Assembly (NCBI GenBank): GCA_965243025.1
Contig: CBDETY010000003.1
Coordinates: 672,001 to 736,000, forward strand
Source: Candidatus Latescibacterota bacterium
Lineage (GTDB): Bacteria; Latescibacterota; UBA2968; UBA8231
DNA length: 64,000 nt
Direction: 5' to 3'
The stretch's first letter is position 1. Every line of letters begins with the position of its first letter. Below, one piece after another: positions 38,974-49,146 of the stretch. Made by a program: the position numbers and the translations under genes. Below the pieces are notes generated by a model. It had not been told where the DNA came from. It did no database searches and saw only the letters and a program-made list of their open reading frames with translations.

Positions 38974-39879
38974 CTAGGCCGGCGGGAAGAGGCTGTCGAT
39001 GCGGGCGCGGACCTCGTCGAGCAGCCCCGGGTCCGGCGGCGGCTGCGGCGGTCCCGGGAGGTGGTTGGGGTAGAAACCGAGCAGGTGAATGGCGGATTTC
39101 ATCACCCCGAGCCAGTTCCTGCTCACCGCCCAGTTGAGGAACGGCTCCTCGTACCTGAACACGATCTCCCAGGCCCCGTCGTCGTCGCCGGCGGCCAGGC
39201 GCTGGTAGAACTGCAGGGCCACCGCCGGCCGGAAGGGGGCGATCGGGCAGAGGTAGGCGGGGGAGCCGAACTTGTACCCGAAGGCGAAGTTGCGCATCTG
39301 GCCGCCGCTGATGACGCCGAACTGGTTGCCGGCGGAGCCGCGGGTGTAGTCGTAGTAGCCTGCGAACATGTCGGCGTCGTTCTTCATGCCGATGATGCCC
39401 GGGCGCCGCGACAGCTCGACCGCGGTCTCGACCGGAAGCATCGGCTGGGAGATCGTCCACAGCAGCAGCGGCATGTCGTTGACCCCCTCGATCTGGTCGA
39501 AGTACCGGGGCAGGGCCGCGGCGGTCTGGTTGTACCCGTCGACCTGCACCTTGACGGCGTCGGCGCCGGCGGCGTCGGCGTGGGCGAGGAACTTCCGGGT
39601 TTCGGAGGGCTTCCAGTACTTGGTCGAGGCGATGAACAGGGAGCGGCCGTCGTTGGCGGCCGCGACGACCTCGGTCAGGCGGTACACCTCCTTGTCGCTG
39701 AGGGCGGCGAACTCGCTGCTGCCGTAGGTCAGCAGCAGGATCGGGACCTGCTGTTCGGCAAGCCAGGAGACGTAGGCTGAGACGGCCCCGTAGTCGACGG
39801 TTCCGTCCTCGTTGAAGCAGATGTTGAGCGGCACTACCGGGCCCTTCATGCGGTCGTACGCTGCGCTGGCTCGGCTCAT
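38974..39879 (-). CDS. DapA/NanA family class I aldolase (divergent)
   Basis: FNEDG.VDY, YGSSE in place of GTTGE, Schiff-base Lys in GMKND. Confidence 0.85.
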   Translation of the reverse strand: MSRASAAYDRMKGPVVPLNICFNEDGTVDYGAVSAYVSWLAEQQVPILLLTYGSSEFAALSDKEVYRLTEVVAAANDGRSLFIASTKYWKPSETRKFLAHADAAGADAVKVQVDGYNQTAAALPRYFDQIEGVNDMPLLLWTISQPMLPVETAVELSRRPGIIGMKNDADMFAGYYDYTRGSAGNQFGVISGGQMRNFAFGYKFGSPAYLCPIAPFRPAVALQFYQRLAAGDDDGAWEIVFRYEEPFLNWAVSRNWLGVMKSAIHLLGFYPNHLPGPPQPPPDPGLLDEVRARIDSLFPPA

Positions 39880-40056
39880 TCGGTGTTCTCGATTCCTCGG
39901 GGTGTCAGGGGTAGTTCGCGCCGCGGGCTGAAGCGGGGCAGGGCTTTGCGTTGCCCCGTGGGAGCGGCGATGTTATGCCGCCGGCCCCGCGCACCTCGCG
40001 CGCAAATGGATCAGGAGCGGGCAGAAGGTATCCCTGCCCGGGAGGGGAAACAAGGC

Positions 40057-41208
40057 GTGAAGCTCACCCGCACAGACCGCAGGATCGAAGCCGAGCACGG
40101 CGCCATCGCCAGCTTTCCCGACGACTTTTTCGGCTACTTCGGCTGGCCGACGGTCGCGCGCATGCCGGACGGAACCCTCGTCGCGGCCGCCTCGGGATTC
40201 CGCAACGAACACGTCTGCCCGTTCGGGCGCAGCGTCTTCTTCACCAGCGCCGACCAGGGCCGCACCTGGTCGAATCCCCGCGTCGTCAACGACTCGCCCC
40301 TCGACGACCGCGACACCGGGATCGTGAGCTGCGGCGGCCGGCGCCTGCTGCTGACCTGGTTCACCACCGACAACCGCAGGCAGCTCGAGCGCCGCTCCGC
40401 GGAACTCGGGGAGGAGCGGCGGCGGCTGTGGGAGCAGGGGCTGGTGCGGGCCGGGGCCCCGGATGCAGGCCAGTGGATCGGGGCCTGGTGCCGGACGAGC
40501 GAGGACGGCGGGGACACCTGGTCTGCCGCGATCCGGGTGCCGCAGACCACCCCGCACGGGCCGATCCTGCTCGCCGGCGGAGAGCTCCTGTTTTTCGGCA
40601 AGCTGTTCGAGGTGGACATGGCCGGCTTCTCCGCCGGCATCGGCGCCATCGCCGCGATGAGGAGCAGGGACTTCGGCCGCACCTGGGAGCCGCTGGGCAC
40701 GGTCCCCCTGTTCCCGGGGACCGAGGAGGGGAACTACCACGAGCCCCACGTCGCCGAGCTGCCCGGCGGCAAGCTGGTGGGGCTGATTCGCCTCGAGCCG
40801 GCCAGGGAAGGGGTCGACCCCGCCGACCTCGGGCTGGAGCAGTTCATGCAGATGTACACCGAATCGAACGACGGCGGCCTCACCTGGACGCGGGCGGAAC
40901 CGATGAACTTCCACGGCAGCCCCCCGCACCTGCTCGCCCACTCGAGCGGGGCCCTGGTGGGGACCTACGGGCGCCGGCGCGAGCCGTACGGCGAGCGCGC
41001 CATGATCAGCCGGGACCGTGGGGAGAGCTGGGAGTACGACTGCATCCTGCGCGACGACGGACCGGACCGCGACCTCGGGTACCCGTCGAGCGTCGAGCTG
41101 GAGGACGGCAGCATACTGACCGCCTATTACCAGAAACCCCGGTCGGCCGGGGACAAGTGCGCGTTTCTCTGGAGCAGGTGGAGCCTGCCCGACAAGGAAG
41201 GAGCCTGA
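40057..41208 (+). CDS. sialidase-family BNR protein
   Basis: YFGWPTV, SADQGRTW, DDRD, SEDGGDTW, SNDGGLTW, SRDRGESW, DLGYPSS. Confidence 0.88.
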   Translation: MKLTRTDRRIEAEHGAIASFPDDFFGYFGWPTVARMPDGTLVAAASGFRNEHVCPFGRSVFFTSADQGRTWSNPRVVNDSPLDDRDTGIVSCGGRRLLLTWFTTDNRRQLERRSAELGEERRRLWEQGLVRAGAPDAGQWIGAWCRTSEDGGDTWSAAIRVPQTTPHGPILLAGGELLFFGKLFEVDMAGFSAGIGAIAAMRSRDFGRTWEPLGTVPLFPGTEEGNYHEPHVAELPGGKLVGLIRLEPAREGVDPADLGLEQFMQMYTESNDGGLTWTRAEPMNFHGSPPHLLAHSSGALVGTYGRRREPYGERAMISRDRGESWEYDCILRDDGPDRDLGYPSSVELEDGSILTAYYQKPRSAGDKCAFLWSRWSLPDKEGA

Positions 41209-41211
41209 ACC

Positions 41212-42141
41212 GTGATATCCGACAAAGTGCTGGGAGCGTACGCCGCGGTGGGGGCGCTGGCCCCGTCAGAGCAGGCGGAGTGGTACTCGAGGGCGTGCAG
41301 CGAGTGGAAGATCGACACCTTCGAGATCCCCCTGCTGGGAGGAGTGCCCCTGGCCCCGGAGCTCGTCGAGGCCCTGGCCGCCGGCTCCGCCTCCCTGGTG
41401 GTCACCATGGTGGCGCAGTGGGCGACCAAGGGGCAGGAGAGCCCCGGGTACGGGCTCTCGTCCCTCGACGAGGGGCTGCGCCGCGAGGCCCTGCTAGACG
41501 TCCAGTCCGCCATGCAGCAGTGCCTGACCCTGCAGCGCGCCGGGATCGGCATCCGCGCCATCGAGCTCCACACCGGGCGGCGGACCGGCAGCGCCGTCGC
41601 CCACGCCGTTTCCTTCGCCCGGAGCCTGCAGGAGCTCGCAGGGGCGGCTGCCGCGGCCCTGCCGGACTGCCGGCTCACCGTCGAGGTGACCGACAGTCTG
41701 CCGCCGGAGCACCCCATAGCGTTTCCGGGAGCCAAAAAGGCGTCCCTGACGACGGAGGAGCTGATCGAGGCGGTGGCCGCCGTAAACCTGGGTTCCCCCT
41801 GCCTGCCGATCTCGCTGGTCCTCAACTGGGGCCGGCTGCTTATCAACGGCGACCGGCCCCTCGACGTCGTCGGGCAGGTGCTCGCATCCCCGGTGCCGCT
41901 CGGGGGAGTGATCCTGTCCGGGGCCAATCCGACGCCGGACGGGTTCGCCGACGCCCACAACTCCCACCTCGACCCGGGGGGCGGCTTCACCGAGGAGGAC
42001 GGCCGCGCCTGCGCCGGGGCGCTGCAGGCCGCAGGCGACTCCTGCTTCATCGGCATGAAGTGCGGGGTGACCTCATCCGCGGGAGAGCTGACACCGGAGC
42101 AGGTGCTGGCCGCCGAGGTGGAGTTTCTCGACAGCGTTTAA
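41212..42141 (+). CDS. DUF4862-like TIM-barrel protein
   Basis: GAYAA, YGLSS.DE..R, AIELHT, LNWGR, FADAH; recognised from family motifs. Confidence 0.65.
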   Translation: MISDKVLGAYAAVGALAPSEQAEWYSRACSEWKIDTFEIPLLGGVPLAPELVEALAAGSASLVVTMVAQWATKGQESPGYGLSSLDEGLRREALLDVQSAMQQCLTLQRAGIGIRAIELHTGRRTGSAVAHAVSFARSLQELAGAAAAALPDCRLTVEVTDSLPPEHPIAFPGAKKASLTTEELIEAVAAVNLGSPCLPISLVLNWGRLLINGDRPLDVVGQVLASPVPLGGVILSGANPTPDGFADAHNSHLDPGGGFTEEDGRACAGALQAAGDSCFIGMKCGVTSSAGELTPEQVLAAEVEFLDSV

Positions 42142-42266
42142 GCAGCCCTGTCCCCGGCGTCCACTGTATCGAGTCCGATCCGGGGCTTGTGAAGTGCGGC
42201 CGGTCGAGGACAGTGCGCGGACGGGCCCGGGATAGGCAGCGGCGGGGTCCCCGAGCCGTCCGGTGC

Positions 42267-43832
42267 TCATGGTCCGTTCCCGTCTGCCGGCTTCAGCCGG
42301 CGCGAGATCGCGAACTGCTCATCCGCTTCGCGGTACCTGCCCGTTTTCTGGTAGGCGTCGCCGAGACGGCGGTGGTATTCGGCATTCGCAGGGTCGAGAG
42401 CGATGGCGAGTTTGTACTCGTTGATGGCGCTGATGTCGCGTCCCTGCCGGGAATACTGCATGGCGAGCTCGAAGTGGAACTGCGGGTTGTCGGGGGCCAG
42501 GGCGACGCTGCGTTCGAGATCGGCGATGTTGCCTTCCCGCTGCTTCCGGTAAATCTGCATCTCCCTCTCGCCCTCTTCGCGATTACCCTGCTTGAGGTAG
42601 GCGTTGGCGAGACCGAAATGCGCTTCCGTGTTGAAGTAGTCGAGTTCGATGGCCCTCTCGTACTCGGCGATCGCCTCTTCCATCCTTCCGGTCCGGGCAT
42701 ACACGGCTCCCAGGGCGTAGTGGAACAGGGTGTTGTCCGGTTCGCGCTCGATTGCCTCCCGAAACTGCTCGACAGCCTCCTCGGACTTCCTGTCCCTGGA
42801 GTAGATCATCCCGAGGCGATAGCGCGTGTACGCAAGGCCGGGATCCACCGTCAGGGTCTTTCTGTACTGAGCCGCCGCTTCCTCGTAGTTGCGCTGCCGC
42901 TCATAGGCCATGCCGAGGTTGTGCTGGAACCAGCCGTTGCCGGGGGCCAGCTCGACCGCCTTGCGGTGTTCCGTCACCGCGGCGGCGAGTTTGTCCTGGT
43001 CGGTCATCGCCGCTCCGAGGGGCACGTGTGACTGTTCGGTGTACACGAGCCCCAGCTTGTCGTGCGCGTCTGCGCGGCGGGGGTCGAGCCGCAGGGTTGC
43101 CGCAAACGCGTCTGCCGCTTCGTTCAGTCTGCCGATGGCCAAGTACGCATTTCCCAGGACGTAGTGGACCGACGGTTCATTCCCGGCCAGCTTTGCGGCC
43201 TGCCGCAGTTCTTCAATCGCTTTTGCGTATTGCTGGTTCTGAAGATGGATGGCTCCAAGCCGGTAGCGGGATGGGCCGTAGTCCGGCTTGAGCACGAGAA
43301 CGGTCTCGAAGTGCTCGGCCGCCCTTGCCGGGTTTCCCTCCTGCGAGTAGATCATGCCGAGCCCGTGATGAGCAGGGAAGTATGAGGGCTCGGATGCGAT
43401 CACTCTCTGGTAGGCATTCCTGGCTTTTTCGAGATCCCTCCGGATCAGGAAGATCTTTCCCAGCTTGTAGAGAGACGGCGCATAATCGGGGTCGATCTCC
43501 AGGACTCTCTCGAATTCTGCCTCCGCTTCCCGGAACCTGGCCTGGTCGGCATAGATGGAACCGAGGCCGTCCCGGGGGCGGATGGCGGTCGGATCGATCT
43601 CGATCGCCTTCCTGTATTCCCGCTCGGCGCTCTGGAAGTCGCCCCTCTGCGCATGGCGCAGACCGAGTCTGTAGTGGTGTTCACTCTGTCCGGCCACGAG
43701 TCCGTCGAGCTCCTGGCCGGGAAGCTCGGGGACGCTGACCGGGAAGCAGACGGCGAATGCCGCGCAGCCGACGATCCCGCGAAACCCGGTGCCGGTCGTG
43801 CGCATGGTCCTCGCTGTCCATGTCCTTTTCAT
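42267..43832 (-). CDS. tetratricopeptide repeat protein, probably exported
   Basis: More than 10 TPR units (e.g. YKLG..., A...YRKAIEIDP); hydrophobic N-terminus. Confidence 0.9.
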   Translation of the reverse strand: MKRTWTARTMRTTGTGFRGIVGCAAFAVCFPVSVPELPGQELDGLVAGQSEHHYRLGLRHAQRGDFQSAEREYRKAIEIDPTAIRPRDGLGSIYADQARFREAEAEFERVLEIDPDYAPSLYKLGKIFLIRRDLEKARNAYQRVIASEPSYFPAHHGLGMIYSQEGNPARAAEHFETVLVLKPDYGPSRYRLGAIHLQNQQYAKAIEELRQAAKLAGNEPSVHYVLGNAYLAIGRLNEAADAFAATLRLDPRRADAHDKLGLVYTEQSHVPLGAAMTDQDKLAAAVTEHRKAVELAPGNGWFQHNLGMAYERQRNYEEAAAQYRKTLTVDPGLAYTRYRLGMIYSRDRKSEEAVEQFREAIEREPDNTLFHYALGAVYARTGRMEEAIAEYERAIELDYFNTEAHFGLANAYLKQGNREEGEREMQIYRKQREGNIADLERSVALAPDNPQFHFELAMQYSRQGRDISAINEYKLAIALDPANAEYHRRLGDAYQKTGRYREADEQFAISRRLKPADGNGP

Positions 43833-43929
43833 CGCTCGCCTCTCGCTATGTGATTCCCGCCTGGAATAAACCTTCCGGAAGGTGACCACTGACCGCAACG
43901 CCTGGCCGAATCCGGCCGGGGCCGGCGCT

Positions 43930-44802
43930 TCAGGACGGCCGGATCGGACTGCTGTTATCGGCCCGCAGCAGCAGGTTGGTCGATTCGAGGTCCCACACCT
44001 CGTTGAACACCGTCGGTCTCGGCCTGCGCGGCGGGTACCCCTCGGGGGGGTTGGCCGGGTGGATCAGCTCGAGGCGGTCCCGCCCCCGGGGCCGGTCGAG
44101 CCACTCCTTCTCCGCATCGGCGGCCTCGACCTCCCGCCTCAGGATGAACTCGACCCGGTCGAAGCGGGTGAGGGCGACGTCGGCGACGAAGATCCGCCTG
44201 AGGTCGGCCCCGTCCCAGGTGGCGAGGTCAGGCAGCAGGATGGGACCGGTGCAGACCTGGAACTGCGCCGGGTCTGCGTTGACGTTGATGAGGTTGACCG
44301 GGAACTCGACGGCCACCTCGAGGCCTCGCGCCTGATCGCTCCAGGTGCAGACCCCGTTCAGCAGGTCGTCGCCGAGGGCGGCATCGACGATCTGCCGGTG
44401 CGTCCTCAGCTCCTCGCCGCCGTCGAAGCAGCGGATGACGATGCGGTGATCGGCCCAGGCTTCGGCGTGCGGTGTCATCCGCGAAGGCTCCCGTTCCCAG
44501 CTGGGACGGGCGGCGATGGTGTAGGCCCCGGCGCTGCTGAAAGGCATGCGCCACTCGCCGCTGGGTATCTGGAAGAGGTTGCTGTCGGCGATGGTGTACT
44601 CGCTGCGGCAGGGGGAGCCGAGAAACAGCTCCAGTCCGTCCTCGGAGCCGGGCTCGCGAACCAGGCATGCCGACTGCAGGTTGAAGCGGACGTGGTAGGC
44701 CTCCCCCGGCGGGCCGACCAGTCCCCCCGAGTACTTGTAGAACGGGTCCGGCTCGTGGGGGCGGCTTTCCCAGGTGAAGGAAGAGGCGTGGAAGTTGATC
44801 AT
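43930..44802 (-). CDS. hypothetical protein
   Basis: 290-aa frame from MINFHASSF, ATGA overlap with upstream aldolase, strong GC3 bias. Confidence 0.75.
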   Translation of the reverse strand: MINFHASSFTWESRPHEPDPFYKYSGGLVGPPGEAYHVRFNLQSACLVREPGSEDGLELFLGSPCRSEYTIADSNLFQIPSGEWRMPFSSAGAYTIAARPSWEREPSRMTPHAEAWADHRIVIRCFDGGEELRTHRQIVDAALGDDLLNGVCTWSDQARGLEVAVEFPVNLINVNADPAQFQVCTGPILLPDLATWDGADLRRIFVADVALTRFDRVEFILRREVEAADAEKEWLDRPRGRDRLELIHPANPPEGYPPRRPRPTVFNEVWDLESTNLLLRADNSSPIRPS

Positions 44803-45716
44803 CGGACTCCGGCCTCCTCCGGCACCGGTTCGAGCTGCAGTTGATCCAGGGCTCGGTCGACCGCGTCCCGCTGCTCGCCGCTGAGGGGCAGGGCGGGCAG
44901 CCGCGGGTCCCCGCACTCGATCCCGAGCCGCCTGCCGAGCACGTGCTTGCATATGGCGACGTAGCGGCCCCCCTCGAACAGGGAGATCAGGGACTCGACG
45001 ACATTCGAGGCCCGCGACTGGGCCCGGCGCGCCGCCTCGATGTCACCGGCCTCGAAGGCGTTCCAGATCGCCACCCAGCATTCGGGGACGAGGTTCGGCG
45101 GGCCGTCGACGCAGCCGGCGCCGCCGGTGGTCATGGCCGGCAGCATCCAGTGGCAGGAGCCGGTGAAGGTCGCCAGCCCCATCGAGGAGAAGGCGCGGAT
45201 GTTGTGGAAGTTCTGAGCCGAGTGCTTGACCCCGGCAAGCTGCGGAACCGCGTCCTGCAGCTTCTTCATCAGGTCGGCGGTGATCTCGACGTTGGTGCAG
45301 CCCGGCAGGTTGTAGCAGAAGAAGGGCAGGTCAGCGGCGGCGGCGACGGCGCGGTAATGCTCGACGATCTCCTCTTCCCGGCGGGGGTAGAAGAACGGCG
45401 GCACGCAGCATACCGCGTCCGCACCGGCCCCGGCGGCGTGCTCGGCCAGGGCGGCCGCCCGGCTCGTGGTCGCCGCCCCGACGTGGTGGATGTGGAAGGC
45501 CCGGCCGCGGCAGACCTCGGCGGCGATTTCGGCGATGCGCCGGTTCTCCCCGTCTTCGAGCAGCACGCTCTCGCCGGTGCCCCCGGCGACCCAGAAGCCG
45601 TGAACCCCGGCGGCGATGTTGAATTCCAGGATCCTCCGCAGGCTCTCCTCGTGCAGGCTGCCGTCGGCCCGCATCGGGGTGACGAGAGCGGGAACGACCC
45701 CCTTGAACTGGTTCAT
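44799..45716 (-). CDS. DapA family, N-acetylneuraminate lyase-like aldolase
   Basis: GVVPALVTP, GGTGE, PPFFY, YNLP, GVKHS. Confidence 0.9.
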   Translation of the reverse strand: MNQFKGVVPALVTPMRADGSLHEESLRRILEFNIAAGVHGFWVAGGTGESVLLEDGENRRIAEIAAEVCRGRAFHIHHVGAATTSRAAALAEHAAGAGADAVCCVPPFFYPRREEEIVEHYRAVAAAADLPFFCYNLPGCTNVEITADLMKKLQDAVPQLAGVKHSAQNFHNIRAFSSMGLATFTGSCHWMLPAMTTGGAGCVDGPPNLVPECWVAIWNAFEAGDIEAARRAQSRASNVVESLISLFEGGRYVAICKHVLGRRLGIECGDPRLPALPLSGEQRDAVDRALDQLQLEPVPEEAGVR

Positions 45717-45880
45717 TTTCTGTTCCTTCGTAGTAAAAGTGGAGACCGACAAACAGGTGGTCCGGAGACGGGGCGTCAAACCGGCCGGCAGGGATGCGGC
45801 CGGTCATGGCGCGCCTGGCCCCTGCAGGCCCGAGTAATGTGCCTGGCCAACGATAACCCATTTCACCGGGAGCGAACGGA

Positions 45881-46354
45881 ATGTCCGCTGAAGTCGCGTA
45901 CACGTCGAAAGTGGGAATAGAGAGGGTGAAGGGGCCGCTGCGGCGCGCCACCCTGCCCGTGGAGCCGGAGCCGGTGCTTTTCGGCGTTCACTCCGAGGTC
46001 GCCGAGCATTACGGGGTCGATCTCGACGTCGTCGAGCCGCACGCCACCACTCTCGACTATGTGGTGGCCGCCGCGGCCGGGTGACTGACCGGAACCTTCG
46101 GGGGCGCGCTGGAGGCGCGCGGGGTACCGGCCGGCGAGGGCCTGCTGTCGTCCGAGGCGACCGGGGAGATCGAGAAGGAGGGGGGAGTGCTGGTCATCAG
46201 GCGGATTCACGTGAAATACCGCCTGAGGATCGACGCGGCGAACCGCGAAAAGGCGGAGCGGGTGATGAAGGCGCACGTCGGCTACTGTCCGGTGGCCCGC
46301 TCGCTCGCCGGCAGCATCGACATCACCACCGAGCTGGAAATGCAGGACCTGTGA
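45881..46354 (+). CDS. OsmC/Ohr-family protein, probable selenoprotein (UGA 46082-46084 = Sec)
   Basis: 157-aa readthrough frame: DYVVAAAAG-U-LTGTFGGAL...HVGYCPVARSL; SECIS-like hairpin follows the UGA. Confidence 0.85.
46085..46130 (+). promoter_or_regulatory. candidate bacterial SECIS element
   Basis: GCGCGC-UGGAG-GCGCGC apical hairpin with loop 25 nt after UGA; lower stem CCGG-A-ACCUU / GGGGU-A-CCGG. Confidence 0.6.
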
Positions 46355-46355
46355 A

Positions 46356-46910
46356 GTGAAGATCTCGCTGATCGGCTACCGGGCTTCCGGGAAATCGACG
46401 CTGGGCCGCGAGCTGTCGCGGCGGCTCGGGTGGCCGCTGCTCGACATCGACCGCGGAGTCGAGGTTCGCTTTCCGGAGGAGACTCTGACCGAGGTGTGGC
46501 TGCGCATCGGCGACCCCCGGTTCCGCGAGATAGAGGCGGAGGTCGTCGAGGAGATGTGCTCCGGCGACGAGTGCGTGGTCTCGTTCGGGGCCGGCACACT
46601 CGGCAGGCCGGAAAACCGCAGGCACGCCTGCCGGGACGCCCTCGTCGTCTACCTCGAGATGAGCGCCGAGGAGTTGTGGGAGCGGATGCAGGCGGACCCC
46701 ATGAACGCCTCGACGCGGCCCAACCTGGCAGGGGGCGGCTTTCAGGAGGTGGTGGAGATGCTCGCCCGGCGCGACCCGGTGTACCGCGAGTGCGCCGACC
46801 TGCTCGTGGATGCGTCTCTGCCGACCGAAAGGCTCGCCGATATCGTCGTCGCCGAGCTCGAGGCTCGCGTGCCGCCGGGGCAGAACGCCGCCGATCAATT
46901 CCAGCGGTAG
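46356..46910 (+). CDS. aroK: shikimate kinase
   Basis: GYRASGKSTLG P-loop, DID, FREIE, SFGAG, RPNL, R...YRECAD. Confidence 0.88.
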   Translation: MKISLIGYRASGKSTLGRELSRRLGWPLLDIDRGVEVRFPEETLTEVWLRIGDPRFREIEAEVVEEMCSGDECVVSFGAGTLGRPENRRHACRDALVVYLEMSAEELWERMQADPMNASTRPNLAGGGFQEVVEMLARRDPVYRECADLLVDASLPTERLADIVVAELEARVPPGQNAADQFQR

Positions 46911-47809
46911 GTCCGCGCCCCGCGGCTGCCGGCGCGGGCGAACTTCCAGGCGGTGACCCACTCCTCGCGGTCGCGCACCACCAGCTCGGGGTTTTCGCTG
47001 CTGCGCACGTAGAGCCCGGGCATGTGGGGGCGGCCGTTCGGCATGCGGGCGTCGTTCCAGCGCAGGTCGAGACTCCAGCGGATGGTGTCGGCCCGGTTGG
47101 GCCCGCTGCTGTGGGGGGTGCGGCAGTGTATCATCAGCAGCCCCCCGCGCGCCACCGGAACCTCGACCGGCTCCCTGTCGGGAAGCTCCCCGGGGTCGAT
47201 CATCCAGTTGCCCCCCATTTCAGGCGGCGGCTTCACGTGCCTGCGCAGGGGTTCGTTGTGACAGCGCGGTATCACCCTCAGGGTGCCGTTGGCCGCGTCT
47301 GCGTCGACCAGGGGAATCCAGGTGGTGACGACGAGGGTGTTGTCGGCCTCGGGGAGGAGCACCCCGAGGTCCTGGTGCCAGCAGGTGTCCCGCGCCCACT
47401 CCATGCTCGAGAGTCCGCCCTCGTAGTCGCCGGTGGCCGGCAGCTTGGCGCGGATGTGCTGGCAGGGGTTGGCGAAGATCTCGGGGCCGATGACCGACTC
47501 GACGGCGTCGAGCAGGTTGTCGTTGCGGAAGAAGTTGAAAATCCCGCTGCCGAGGTTGCCGGGGATGTTGATGCCTTCGGTGGCGCTGGCATGCGCCCGG
47601 CCGAGCGGAATCAGGCGCTTGTCGAAAGGCAGCTCGGCGTAGTCGCGGTCGACCTTGCCTGCGGCGAGCAGCCGTTTGGCATTGCGGTCGACGATTTTCT
47701 CGAGGTCGGCCTGCACGGGGGCGAGGTCGGCGTCGCCGAGGACTCCGGGTACGTGCACGTAGCCTTCGCGGTGAAAGAAATCGAGTTGCTCCTGGGTCAG
47801 TCCGGACAT
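46895..47809 (-). CDS. PhyH family dioxygenase (same subtype as 6165-7070)
   Basis: HIRAKLP, WHQD, TWIPLVDA, PHSSGPN...IRWSLDLRW. Confidence 0.92.
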   Translation of the reverse strand: MSGLTQEQLDFFHREGYVHVPGVLGDADLAPVQADLEKIVDRNAKRLLAAGKVDRDYAELPFDKRLIPLGRAHASATEGINIPGNLGSGIFNFFRNDNLLDAVESVIGPEIFANPCQHIRAKLPATGDYEGGLSSMEWARDTCWHQDLGVLLPEADNTLVVTTWIPLVDADAANGTLRVIPRCHNEPLRRHVKPPPEMGGNWMIDPGELPDREPVEVPVARGGLLMIHCRTPHSSGPNRADTIRWSLDLRWNDARMPNGRPHMPGLYVRSSENPELVVRDREEWVTAWKFARAGSRGARTYRWN

Positions 47810-48096
47810 GGTCGCTGCGCTCGTTCCGATTTCGGGGTGTGTGAGTCTCTACAGCCGTGGAGACGGTTCGTTTGCAGGGGAGACCGGCCGTCGGCACCGG
47901 ACGCCTGCGGCAGCACCAGGACCGGGCGCGGGATGCGCCCCGGTGCCAGCCGTTCGGGATCGGAAATTAGAACCGGCCACCCCGCCGGGCAAAATGATCG
48001 GGCGGCCGGTTTGTCAGCTCCGTACCTGCTGCCGGATATTTGGCAATTCCCCGATGCCGGGCGCGTTGACGAGCCCTGGGGGGCGAAACGGAGACC

Positions 48097-49131
48097 ATGA
48101 CGAAGCGGGCGCTGATAACGGGAATCACCGGGCAGGACGGGTCGTACCTGGCCGAGCTGCTGCTCTCCAAGGGGTACGAGGTCGTCGGCCTGAGCCGCCG
48201 TTCCACGAGTTACCATCACGAAAACATCGGCCACCTGTACGGAAGGATCACCCTCGAGTACGGGGACCTGATGGACGGCCCCAGCATCGAGCGGGTCGTC
48301 GCCGAGCACCAGCCGGACGAGGTCTACAACCTCGCGGCCCAGTCGGTGCCGGCCGACAGCTGGACCCAGCCTGTGGTGACCGCCGAGATCACCGCGGTCG
48401 GCGCCACCCGCATGCTCGAAGCGGTCAAGCGCTGCTGTCCGTCGGCGCGCTTCTACCAGGCGAGCAGCCGCGAGATCTACGGCGGCTCTCCCGCCGCTGT
48501 CATCGACGAGTCGACGCCGCTGGCGGCCAACAACCCCTACGGCGTGGCCAAGCTCTACGCCCACCGGATGACGGAGACCTACCGCGAGTCGTACGGCATG
48601 TTCGCGTGCGGCGGGGTGCTGTTCAACCACGAAAGCCCCCGGCGGAGCCTGCACTTCGTAACCCGCAAGGTCACCATGGCCGTGGCCTGCCTGAAGACGG
48701 GGACTGAGGAGGTGCCGCTGAACGAGGCCGGGCTCCCCCTGGTGAGCGGCGGCAAGCTGAGGATGGGGGACCTCGACTGCGTGCGCGACTGGGGGTACGC
48801 AAAGGAGTACGTAGAGGCGATGTGGCTGATGCTGCAACAGGACGAGCCCGACACCTACGTGATCGCGACCAACACGGCGCACACGATCCGCGAGCTGTGC
48901 GAGGTGGCGTTCGGCCACGCCGGGATGAGCTGGGAGGAGCACGTCGTCAGCGACGAGCGCTTCATCAGGCCCACGGAGATCGGCGCCTCGCGCGGCGATT
49001 TCTCCAGGGCGAAGGAGAAACTCGGCTGGGAGCCGGGGACGATGTTCGACGAGCTGATTCGACTGATGGTCGACGCCGACGTCGAGCGTCTTTCGAAGCA
49101 GCGGACAGGATTCACAACCACACCAGCATAA
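48097..49131 (+). CDS. gmd: GDP-mannose 4,6-dehydratase
   Basis: ALITGITGQDGSYLAELLL, YNLAAQS, FYQASS, YGVAK, FNHESPRR, FVTRK, RDWG. Confidence 0.95.
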   Translation: MTKRALITGITGQDGSYLAELLLSKGYEVVGLSRRSTSYHHENIGHLYGRITLEYGDLMDGPSIERVVAEHQPDEVYNLAAQSVPADSWTQPVVTAEITAVGATRMLEAVKRCCPSARFYQASSREIYGGSPAAVIDESTPLAANNPYGVAKLYAHRMTETYRESYGMFACGGVLFNHESPRRSLHFVTRKVTMAVACLKTGTEEVPLNEAGLPLVSGGKLRMGDLDCVRDWGYAKEYVEAMWLMLQQDEPDTYVIATNTAHTIRELCEVAFGHAGMSWEEHVVSDERFIRPTEIGASRGDFSRAKEKLGWEPGTMFDELIRLMVDADVERLSKQRTGFTTTPA

Positions 49132-49146
49132 GGGGCGAAAATCCAC

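Noticed and set aside
39951-43031. 1026-aa ORF and similar long ORFs (27495-30059, 47797-50139, 56830-59124, 23514-25568)
   Set aside because: Arg/Pro/Gly-rich shadow frames of high-GC genes, overlapping better-supported CDSs
45881-46084. 67-aa stand-alone protein or nonsense pseudogene
   Set aside because: The stop is UGA exactly at the conserved Cys column, with an intact downstream frame and hairpin; Sec readthrough explains it better
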